From Cenococcum geophilum (lineage: Eukaryota), in contig CP158636.1 in NCBI GenBank assembly GCA_050273025.1, forward strand, positions 5,828,001-5,892,000: DNA of 64,000 nt, in the 5' to 3' direction. The translations under genes and the position numbers were made by a program. Within the stretch, counting starts at the first letter, position 1. Every line of letters starts with the position of its first letter. Positions 26,963 to 37,475 of the stretch are shown piece by piece. The notes under the pieces were generated by a model that was not told the DNA's origin, ran no database searches, and worked only from the letters and a program-made list of their open reading frames with translations.

Positions 26963-29148
26963 TGTTACGGAAGTGGGCACGAGCTGGAATACAATGTACT
27001 AAACAGGGTAGTAATTGAAGAAGGCTACGTACGCGTAACTATGCGTGGTTAATACAAAGACATTTGGATGCAGAAACAGAATAGGTCAGGTACGGGTATA
27101 AATAGGGGTTGTAGGGGAACGTGCGTAGGTGTCTTGGGACAAACGTGAGCACGGGTTAAGAACGTCAAAACGCGCAAAGACGTGAGAACGTGTAAGTCCC
27201 GTAATAGTACCCCCCCCTTACTTCCGAGCTCCTGCGAGGCGTATCGTGTATACCAAAAAAAACCCAATACGGGAAAAAAAAATTTCGTCAGCCTTCTCCT
27301 CCCTTCTACGTCCTCCGTTGCACAGGCTCCTCCAGTTCAGTCCTTCCATATTTAATCGTTAGGCTACTGACTTATTAGGCCCAAAGCATAACCCAGCTTC
27401 TGTCGCCAGCTATACTCCTGTCCTCGCCGCTTAGAGACGCATTACTAAAGCTCGTATAGTCCCTTTCTCGCTTCTAGTAGCTCTACGGCCTCCCTTCCTA
27501 TACTCCAGGTCCCCCTAAAAAATTACCCCAATTTTTGGTCCAAAATGGGCGTTTTAGGCAGTATTTATCGGCCTAAACGGCAGTATAGTACGGTGTTCAT
27601 GGTCGTGGTAAGGCATATTCTTGGCAGGTTCTTATTAATGCGGTGCAGTATTCGTATCGTAGGTAGGTTCTTGTCGGTAGCAGTACGGTGCTAGCGCAGG
27701 TTCCATAGGCAGATCAGCACGGAGCTTGTCGGTTCGTGTAGCAGTACGGTGCTAGCGACGGGTTCGGGTTCCGTAGGCGAATCGGCACGGAGCTTATCAG
27801 TTCATATGGTAGCAGTACGGTGCCAGCGACGGGGTCGTCTCGTAGGCATATCGGCACGAGGCTTGTCGGTTCGGGTAGGTAGCAGTACGATGCCAGCGAC
27901 GGGCGGCTTAAGACAGTCTGGGTATCGGATGCGAATAGCTTCGGCGGCGGCAGTACGATGCTAGCGACAGGTTCGGGCGGCTTAAGATAATTCGGGTATC
28001 AGATACAGAGAGCTTCGGCGGCAGGTTCGGACGGTAGCAGTACGGTGCCAGCGACGGGTCGTCTCGTAGGCGTATCGGCACGAGGCTTATCGGTTCGGGT
28101 AGGTAGCAGTACGATGCCAGCGACGTGTTCGGGCAGCAGTACGATGCAAGCGACGGGTTCGGGGGTCTAGGGAGCAAGGCTCTACCTAGTCGTGTTCGGG
28201 TAGCAGTACGATGCAAGCGACGGGTTCAGGGGTCTAGGGAGCGAGGCTCTACCTAGTCGTGTTCGGCTCGTAGGCATATCGGCGCAAGGCTTATCGGTTC
28301 ATGCGGCAGTACGATGCAAGCGACGGGTTCGGGGGTCTAGGGAGCGAGGCTCTACCTAGTCGTGTTCGGCTCGTAGGCGTATCGGCACGAGGCTTGTCGG
28401 TTCAGGTAGCAGTACGATGCAAGCGACGTGTTCGGGCAGCAGTACGATGCAAGCGACAGGGTCGTAGGCGTATCGGCACGACGGGTTATCGGGGTCGTTT
28501 CGCAGGCGTATCGGCGCGAGGTCTTGTCGGTACGTAGGGCAGTGCGTGCAGGTCGGTAGGACAGTAGTAAGATACCAGCTTCCGTGTTCGTGTTCGTGTT
28601 CGTGTAGCAGTAGGATGCGAGCCATCAGGTCAAACCGAGGGGCAGTAACGTGCCTGTTCGTAATAGCAGTAGGATGCAAGCCATCGAGGTCGCAGGCGTA
28701 TCGGCGCGATGTCTTGTCGGCAGGTTGTGATTCCACAGGCGTATCGGCGTGGTGTCTTGTCGTACTAGTTCAGAACCCCAGCGTCCTAGTCTACCCGCAG
28801 CCAGTAGCTCCTGTATCTACCCTCGTATTAGGCGTAGAAAGGCATGCTCCGCGACCAGTAGCCCACAGGCCCGCCAGGTACGTTGAAAAGGGATCTAAAT
28901 GTAGTGTCACGGAAGTGGGCACGAGCTGGAATACAATGTACTAAACAGGGTAGTAATTGAAGAAGGCTACGTACGCGTAACTATGCGTGGTTGATACAAA
29001 GACATTTGGATGCAGAAACAGAACAGGTCAGGTACGGGTATAAATAGGGGTTGTAGGGGAACGTGCGTAGGTGTCTCGGGACGAACGTGAGCACGGGTCA
29101 AGAACGTCAAAACGCGCAGAGACGTGAGAACGTGTGAGTCCCGTGACA
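26963..29148 (-). mobile_element. Non-autonomous LTR element D (2.2 kb, TRIM/LARD-like) with an internal short-repeat array
   Basis: TSD GAGAG at 26958-26962 and 29149-29153. 244-bp LTRs at 26963-27206 and 28905-29148. PPT complement after 27206. No gag or pol motifs recognised. Confidence 0.9.
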
Positions 29149-29346
29149 GAGAGGCGCCGTTAGTAAGGTTTATAATATCATTAAATATATTATATAATCT
29201 ACGGCTTACTATAAGGACTTTACTAAGAATTAAACCTAAGCCTATATAGAGGATAAGCTCTTTAATTAAGCTAAACTTATACTTATTAAAGATAGAGGCG
29301 TTTAATAGAACTCTACCTACTATATACTTTACCAGGCGCTACTTCT

Positions 29347-32300
29347 TATTACGGCTTATATAAATGCCTCTAAACCAAAGCTTGTAGAATGCTATATTAT
29401 AAAGATACTAAGCTAAGGAGCAGAAGAAGGTCGAGAAAAGGATACGTCTATATATATAAGCCAAGTCTCTAAGCGAGCCCCTACTAGGTTGCATATAGAC
29501 GTCGTATAGGGCGGTGCCCCAGCGCCGTTATATCACCCCCCTCTTCCAAAAAAGCCTGCCCTTAGGCTTTAGCCCCTCGTAGAGAAGAAAGAGAAAAGAA
29601 AAAAAATCTTATATCTGGCGCTTAATCGCGATACTAGTTAACATAGGACTTATAGCAGTCCTGCAGCTCCTGCTGCTGCGAGGTATATTACTATACCTAG
29701 TTAATATAGGGCAGGTAGCCGTCCTACAGCTCCTGCTGTAGCGAGGGGTCTATTGCTAAGAGCCCTCTGTTAGTTATTATTCCTTCTCCCTCCTCCTAGA
29801 ACTCCAGTACCTCCTAGCTATACTCTCCCCCCTTTTATTATAGCGCGCCCTAAGCCATAAAAAAGCCCCCCTAGTCCCCCTCTTAGAAAAGTAGGCGTAA
29901 AGGTTTAATAAAAGTGGGAGGGTTAGGGAGTTACTCGCATGCATATTAGTACGAGTTCTTATCCGTTTAGTAGCAGTACAGTGCCAGCAACAGGTCGTTT
30001 AGGTAGTAGTATAATACTAGTAATAGGGTTATATTCTAGGGAGTAAAGCTCTACCTAGTTATATTTAGGTCGCAGGCGTATTAGCGTAATAGGTTGTTAG
30101 GGTATAGTTCCGCAAGTATATTAGCACGGTGTTTTATTAATAATGGTTCGCAGGCGTATTAGCGTGGTAACTTATTAGGATTATAGCAGTACGGTGCTAG
30201 TAATAGGCCGTATTTTAGGGAGTAAAGCTCTACCTTATATACAGGTGTTACCATAGGCGGAGTAGTAAAAGTCGGTTAGCTATAGGCAGAGTAGTAAGGG
30301 TTAGCTAGCTACTAATAAAGCAGTAAGGGTTAGTTAGCTGCAAGTAGAGTAGTAAGGGTCTATTATAATAGTAGGCATATTAGCGCTATTATTCGGTCGG
30401 GTTTATATTTAAATTATATTCGGGTAGCATTTAAATCGCATTTAGGTTGCAGGCGGATTATAGGCGTAACGGCATAATTAGTCTGTCGGTTAGACTATAG
30501 GCGTAGCAGCATAGTTGTTATTAGGTTGTAATAGCAGGTATATTGGCGCTATTGTTGTCTAGTTAGTTAGCTATAGGTAGAGTAGTAAGGTATTATCTAG
30601 TTAGGTAGTAGTACGGTATTAGCGTTAGGTAGTAATAGTAGGTTAAATATTTGGAGCTTAATCTATCAGTTAGCTAGTAGATTGCAGGTATATTAGCATA
30701 ATTAGTCGGTTAGGTATGCATTTAAATTATATTTAGGTTGCATTTAAATCACATTTAGATTATAGGCGTATCGGCGTAATTATTTAATTAGTTGGCTATA
30801 GGTAGAGTAGTAAGGTGTTAGTTCTTATAGCAGTGTAGTGCCAGCGTTAGGTAGTAATAGTAGGTCGAGTATAAAGCTCGTCTATTAATAGGTTATAGTT
30901 CTACAGGCGTATTAGCGCGAAGCTTATTAATTTAAGTAGTAGTACGGTGCTAGCGGCGGGGTCGTATTCTAAGGGGTAAAGCTCTCTCTTATATATAGTT
31001 ATTACTATAGGCGGGGTAGTAGAAGTCGGTTGTAGACTATAGGTAGAGCAGTTAAAGTCGGTAGTAGTGCTGTAGGTAGAGCAGTAATAGTCTATTATAG
31101 TACTGCAAGTAAGGTAGTAGAAGATAGTTCGCTATAGGCGGAGCAGCGAAGGTTAAATTAGTATTAGCTGCAGGTAGAGCAGCTAGAGTTAATCATAGTG
31201 CTGCGAGTAAGGCAGTAAGGTATTGGTTAGCTATAGGCGGAGTAGTAGGTATTAATAGTAATGCTATAGGCAGAGTAGTAGAAGGTTAATTAGGTTACTA
31301 TAGGTAAAGCAGTAGGTGGTTTATCGTAATAGCAGTATGGTGCAAGCGTTAAGTAATAATAGTCGGTTAAATATTTGGAGCTCGGTCTATTAGCTAGTTA
31401 ATAGATCATAGGCGTAGTAGTATAATTGTTGGTTAATGGATTACAGGCGTAACGGCGCAATTATTGTTATAGTAGTATACGATAGCAGTTATATCGGCAC
31501 GATTATCTTATTTATAGATTACGGGCGTATTAGCGCGATCGTTCGGTCGTTAAACTATAGGCGTAGCGGCACAGTCGTTATTAGGTTGGTATAGGGCATG
31601 CAGCCGTCCTACTACTATAAGGGGTATATATCGCTAGGAGCCCTCTATGGTCGTCGTTCCTCTTAGAACTCTAGTACCTCCTTAGCTCTACTACCCCCTC
31701 CTTTAATATGGCGCGCCCCAAGCCATAGAAAAAAAAATTATAGCTCGTATATGTATTGGCACGAGCTCTTATTAGTTAGGTATGCATTTAAATCGCATTC
31801 GGGTTGTATTCGAATCGCATTTGGATTGCAGGCGTATCGGCACAATTATTATCCAGTTTATCTAAATTGATTTCGTTGTTAAAGCTTACACAGCTCAGTA
31901 TTAACCTCGTTGTTGAAGTATACAAATGCTTAAGGTAAAGCTTGTATAACTTAGTATTAACCGTAGTTGTTCCTTAGTATACGTAGCCTAGTGTTAGTCA
32001 AAAAGGATTACCGTAGGCGGAGAAGAAGACGATTAAATTAGTAAGGGAGGTAGTCGATCGTTAACGAACTCATACGGTCGTTGTTAAAGTCGTAATAGCA
32101 GGCGTATCGGTGCTATCATGCGGTCGGTTTCTCGGGGTCTACCGTCAATCGGTAAGTAGTTTGAGACGTTGTTAATATTCGAAGGTATCGAAGAAAGGGT
32201 GCGCTTTGATATTTGAGAGTAGTTAACGAATAGCAGGACATGCTTTCGTAATGGCGAGCTGTCTTATTCGTAAAGGTCGTACGAATAGCTATTAAGAGGA

Positions 32301-33488
32301 AAGCGTCGATAGTTCGTATAAGGTCGTAGAGATAAATAGGCTCATCTGCAGAGCTGTTGGAGAGTGCCATAAATCGGAATAATTCTCCTAATCTGTTCTC
32401 CTGATTAAGAGTGCCATAAATCACTCAAATTCTCCCCTAGGTTCCTAGTACCCCTGTACATAGGATGCAGATATATTCGGCCGTAAGATCGAGGGACTAC
32501 CTAGGTCGATAGTAAGGTTCGGGTCGATCGCGTACGGTGGTTATTAATGAGAACTCGACGGGTGTCTATAAGGGCGTTTATAGACAAGTCGGAGAGTCGT
32601 GTCGCAGGCATATCGGCGCGACAGGTTATCGGGTTTGCTTTCGAATCGCGTTCGGGCCGCATTCAAATCACATTCGGATCGCCTTCAGATCGCAGGCGTA
32701 TCGCAGGCGTATCGGCGCGATCGTTAGTCAATCAGACTGTAGGCATATCGGCACAGTCGGTAATCGGGTTTGGGGGTTTGGGGTGGCAGTACGGTGCTAG
32801 CAAGTCCTTCCTAGTCGATTTCGTCTCTCCTCGTACAGCTCAGTATCAATCGGGGTGGTTATCGTAGCGTAGTCTGTGTATCCATCAATGTCGTTCATCG
32901 CAGCGTTACGGCTAAGTCTCAATTGATTTCGTTCTCGCAGCCCTAGGGTAAGTCTCAACCGAGGTCGTCTCTAAAGCTCGTACAACTCCGTATCAGTCGA
33001 AAAGGTCGGGGGGGTTCTAGAGAGCCGCGCTCGATCTAGTAGGGTAGCAGTAGGATGCAAGCCATCGTGTCCTTGGCCATCGATCGTAACCATAGGAGAC
33101 CTTCTAGCTGCTTGAATACCGGCTCCCGGTTCAATAATAGCGACTCGACGCGTCGACGACGCGCAGCTAGGGGTGTTCGACGCGTGTTCTCCGCAAGAAC
33201 ACGCGGGACGGGGGTGGGAGATTATCTAGGCCTTCCCAGGCGAGGTAAAGAGGGAGCTCCAAACAAATGAAGTCCCCCCCGGGTGGGTGAGCTTAGTATA
33301 ATGTTACGGCTCGTACAAATGCCTCTGAACCGAAGCTTGTAGAATGCTGTATTACGAAGATACTAAGCTAAGGAGCAGAAGAAGGTCGAGGAAAGGATAC
33401 GTCTATATACACGAGCCAAGTCTCCAAGCGAGCCCCTAACTAGGCTGCATGTAGACGTCGCATAGGGCGGTGCCCCAGCGCCGTTACA
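29347..33488 (-). mobile_element. Non-autonomous LTR element E (4.1 kb, LARD-like) with an internal short-repeat array; LTR partly shared with C
   Basis: TSD CTTCT at 29342-29346 and 33489-33493. LTRs at 29347-29532 and 33302-33488. No RT or integrase motifs recognised. Confidence 0.9.
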
Positions 33489-33985
33489 CTTCTTAAGAAA
33501 GGAATTAACAAATATTTGCTTTTTTAGAGAAAGCCCGCTAACGACAGCTATAACCTTACGCAGGACTTTCTTATTATAGAGGATTAGGCGAAAGTTAAGC
33601 AGCTTATTAAGATCTTAAAGCCCTTTATATTAGCTACTAAATGTATAAAAGGTAACACTAATAACCCTAGGCTTAAGGGCTTATATAGAGCTTTATAGGA
33701 GTTATTTATAAATATAGAACTTCTTTACTAGGTCCTTATACAAACTTAGTAGAGCCTTAAGAATAAAAACAATTTCTTTATTAAATCTGGCGTTAATATA
33801 GCTCTACAGAAGCTTAATAAGTATTTTAATAAGATAAGGCTTAAGAGCCCGCACTACTTTATTACAGTTATCCTCTATCACTCTCTTAAACGCGCCTACT
33901 TTTATAATAAGTGGAAATGGTAGCTATAGTAGTGGAAGCACGCCGAGCGGTGTATAGAAATAGTATTTAATAACTATATTAATAA

Positions 33986-35011
33986 TAATAATAATAATAA
34001 TTCTTCTTTGATTAACGTCTGATATAGATGCTATTTAGCCCTACGTAGACTACTCCGTATATAAGGGAAAAGTAATATTAACGGGAAAAAACCCTTGCTG
34101 CTAGGGGGAGGAAAAACCCTATAAGCCACCTTAGTAGGATAAAAAACCCCGATTTGCCATGTCCGTCTGTAGCGGCGGCCCTACGGGCCTACGGCTACAT
34201 CCTATCCTCCTTAGATGTTCGAACTCTTTGGGAACTACTACTTCCTTCTCTAGCTTATCCAAGCTAGGGTTTACTATGTCCTAGCTAGGCCTTGCTAATT
34301 AATTGCTGTATTATTGTTGTTTCCTATATCTTGGCTATCCCCTATATGCTATCTCTTGTTTAACTATTGCCATATACGCCATGCCTTCCCCCCTTTAGGG
34401 CCTATCGAAGGCGTAAGGGGGATTTATCCGTTCTACTATCCTAATACTAAAAGCCGAAAGCGGGATATGTATACCTAGGTATCTTTTATGCCTAGGCCCT
34501 AGTCACTAGGCCCTCTCTAGGGGCACCACTCCATTAAGAGGAGACAAGGAAAACTATACGGGGTTATATCCGGCTGTCGCTTTAGTAGTATTACGGCAGT
34601 ACGGCGAGTGACCGCATGCTCCGCGGGCGATCGCCCTAGGGGTTAGAAGGGGCCGTATATTTGCTCGTTCGTTTACTCGTTTACATTCACTCGTTTATTA
34701 ATATAAGAGGTTGTCGATGCTTTCTGTTAGGGGTCGGGGGATGCTATCGAATACTGTATATCCATGTTGGATCGTATAGGTGCCCTAGATAGGAGAACAG
34801 TAGTGGTCGTCGTATTGTAGAGGGCCAATAGTAGTGGTTTTTAAGATCTCACCATCCGAAAACTTTTCACCACCGCCCTTAACGCCCACAACCACCACCA
34901 GGTCCTGTCCGCACGCTGTGCGACGTCTCTGCGTTGGCTCTGGATCTGAACTTCGAAGACCAGGTTCGTAGCCGTCACCACGTACAGGTGCAGAGTCCGT
35001 TTTCGACGGCC
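33986..35011 (-). mobile_element. SINE-like / internally deleted non-LTR retroelement (~1.03 kb) with 5' HDV-like ribozyme and 3' (TTA)n tail
   Basis: 15-bp TSD TAACTATATTAATAA at 33971-33985 and 35012-35026. (TAA)5 on the plus strand at 33986-34000. Interrupts the hAT transposase frame. No long ORF. Confidence 0.85.
34927..35011 (-). ncRNA. HDV-like self-cleaving ribozyme (predicted)
   Basis: Minus strand: P1 GGCCGUC/GACGGCU with G1-U wobble, P2 CUCUGC/GCAGAG, P3 ACC/GGU, L3 UGUACGU, P1.1 GU/AC, P4 CUGG-UCU/AGA-U-CCAG, J4/2 GCCAAC with putative catalytic C at 34937. Confidence 0.82.
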
Positions 35012-37475
35012 TAACTATATTAATAAGTAAGTAGATAAGGAAGATAAGGAGGTAGTTAAGTTATAATATAGGAAGGTTCCTTGCATATCTAGCGGCGACT
35101 TAGGTAATAAGTATTTATAGTCTCTACTGGTTAATAAAGACCTTACTTCCTTACGTTTATAGAAGTGAATTAAGCTTACTACTAAGCTTAATTGCTACTA
35201 CGACGCAGGCCTTAAACTTATTAAGATCCATAATAAAAACAGCAGTAAGGTAAATAACGTCCTTCAGATCCTCTTAACTAGTGGCTTATAACTAGTTAAG
35301 TACTCTATCTAATCCTCGCTAAGATTGCCCTAGATCTATTTTCTATACTAGTAATAAGCTCTGCTTATAAATAAGCTTTTAGTTAAGCTAAGAAGGTTGT
35401 TACTAATAAGCGTAATAAGCTTATAGCTAACACAATTAAAGCAGATTAATGTTAAAAGTGGTGGCTTCTTAAAGGCCTCCTACTAAGTAGCTTAATTAAC
35501 TGTATTAGCTCTAACGGTGCCTTAACTATACCTTAGCTAATGAATTTAAACACCGACCTAACTGGCTATAAGTTAAATATAGCGGTAGAAACACTAGCTA
35601 AGATAGGTAGGTTTACTAAAGCTCGTTCCTTAATAGAGTCTAACTTTAAAATAGAGCCCGCTTAACCACCTAACCCAGATCCTTACCCCTAACGTTACTA
35701 CCAGTACAAATACCTACTTTAAAGCCCGTACGGCGTGCTAGTTAAATCTAACAATATTTGGATACTATTAAGGTTAATTTAGGTAGATCTAAGATCGGAT
35801 AACGTTAATATTTGTATATACAGAAGTGCTGCCAAAAATCTAAAATCTAACTCTATAACTCTATTAGATCTATATAAATTACCTAATTAGGATAAGCGCG
35901 CTGTCAGCTTTACAGTTAGCATATACATATTACCAGCGAGCGTCTAGCGAGCGACTTGATTGGCCACAGTTAGTCAGCGGAAGGCGTTATCGCTCGCTGA
36001 ACGCTGCCTGTTGGCCACACTGCTAGAACCTCTATATTGATTGAGTTGCTAAGCCAGCGAGCTCTCAGTTGATTGAATTGATTGAATCTTGGCATTCAAT
36101 TCAATTCAATATTGAAACCTGGGTGATTGATTAGCAAGCCTGCTCCCGACTCTTCCTTTCCCTCTACTCGCGCAACGTCTTAATTTCTTACCTACTAATT
36201 ATTGTAGATAGCACAGCTACTAGCTGCTTAACTAAGCTTATTACAACTGCTTCTAACGGCTCCGTGACAATATAGAGGGTATATAGTACTTTAAAATATT
36301 TAGGTAGAATTGTAAGGATGTACATTGTGATCCGTGATCTGAGTATCGTGATGTTGTCGCTTACTAAACGTCTCACTTCGCCTGATAAAAAGGAAGCAAA
36401 GAGGGGAGAGGACCCTCAGGAATTAGTTCTACTCATAGAGAATACCATCCTGTCTTCTGCACGAGCGTGGTTAGTTGCCTGACGTCTAGATCGTTAAGGT
36501 TTTACGGCCAGATTGGCCTCTTAAATTAGAGCCGTCGGATTGGCCTGATTAATAAGGCCCGGTTGCAAACGTCTATAGACGGCGGATAGGGCTGTATAGC
36601 TTAGCTTTAAGTCTTTTTAGGTATAGTTTAGGGGGAGTTGGGGGGAAATAGTGAATGCATAGACGCAAAACAACGCGAACGCGTCCTTCTACCCCTCTTT
36701 CATGCGTATATAGAGGTACTAAGAGCTCTATCAGTCGGATCCAGTCTGGGTTAAGACGGATAACCTCATGGACTGACTGAATTGGGCAGCTAAAATTTGG
36801 ACGATCAATCGGGCGACGGTTAGTGCACGTACCAACGGTCTACGTATGCAGCACCTGCATAGGTAGCACGGTAACGGACTCGGATCAAATTTACTCCTTT
36901 TAAAGCCTCCTCCTTGTGCGCCCTGCTACTACGTTAGTAAACTTCGCGGATTGCCACAAGTCGAGTTATTTTGTGATGACAGCGACGTAAAGCGTTGGTG
37001 GGCCTACGGGCGCAGGGTCGAGGGGGTTTCCCCGCTCGCGCCTCACTTTTTCTTGTCTAGAGCTGGGCCTATCTGCCCAAGTTGCGCAGCGGTAAGGCAG
37101 ATTTAAAGGTTAGCCACTAACGGGCGCGCGGGAGCGGACATTGCGCAAATGTGCAGTGCGCTGGAACATGTGGGGCAAAATGAATACAAGAGCTTTATTG
37201 TGAGGTTGCTATTGTCTCTCATTGTTCTTGCCTCTTTTTGATCCGTCCTGCGTCTACTACAAGTCTGGAGGTTTCGATGCTACTAATCACACTCTCCCAG
37301 AACGATTGCGTTGCTCATTAGCCCGCAAATTTCGAGGAATTGTTGAGTCGAGCCGTCTACACTGCCACACTGCAAGCTCTGGTCGCGGAAACGTCTACAA
37401 ACGTCTGGACAACGTTCACTCATCACGAATTGTGGAAGTGAGACGAAAACCTCACACTAACTCAAAGAGGCTTCA

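Larger units (their letters stand above)
6796..35500 (+). pseudogene. hAT transposase remnant in five pieces (~6796-7406, 26239-26962, 29149-29346, 33489-33985, 35012-~35500); ends approximate
   Basis: BED-finger-like LCKICHL...HLK near 7277-7370. ANNATNND...RLQYIGHILNL (RIP form of DNAxNND...RLRCxGHILNL) at 26755-26865. hAT dimerisation-like segment (YLILAKIALDLFS...) at ~35270-35465. Confidence 0.8.
6546..36022 (+). mobile_element. Inner hAT DNA transposon carrying a RIP-inactivated, fragmented transposase
   Basis: 8-bp TSD CTAGAACC at 6538-6545 and 36023-36030. 21-bp TIR CAGTGTGGCCAACAGGCAGCG at both ends. GCAGCG/CGCT subterminal repeats. Confidence 0.93.
5803..36142. mobile_element. Outer hAT DNA transposon (about 0.85 kb non-autonomous element swollen to 30 kb by nested insertions)
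   Basis: 8-bp TSD CTCCCGAC at 5795-5802 and 36143-36150. Imperfect TIRs (left CAGGGTTGTAAATCAGTCA, right end reverse-complemented CAGGCTTGCTAATCAATCA). AATTGA/TCAAT subterminal repeats at both ends. Confidence 0.88.

Noticed and set aside
27640..33070. Repeat-spacer pattern resembling a CRISPR array
   Set aside because: Eukaryotic context, several alternating degenerate repeats, re-used spacers, no cas genes, and enclosed by LTRs
27049..33270. Short ORFs called inside D and E (e.g. 27908-28216, 28356-28736, 32116-32424)
   Set aside because: They arise mostly from stop-poor repeats on both strands and in several frames, with no recognisable domain. 32116-32424 remains unassigned
26963..33488. 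D and E as hammerhead retrozymes
   Set aside because: No CUGAUGA...GAAA hammerhead core seen in either LTR on either strand by eye
34800..35011. tRNA- or 5S-derived SINE head
   Set aside because: No convincing pol III A/B boxes or cloverleaf; the HDV fold explains the 5' end better
37000..37062. GC-rich hairpin followed by CTAG as a Helitron 3' end
   Set aside because: Imperfect stem, CTAG not followed by T, and no 5' end or Rep/helicase remnant found
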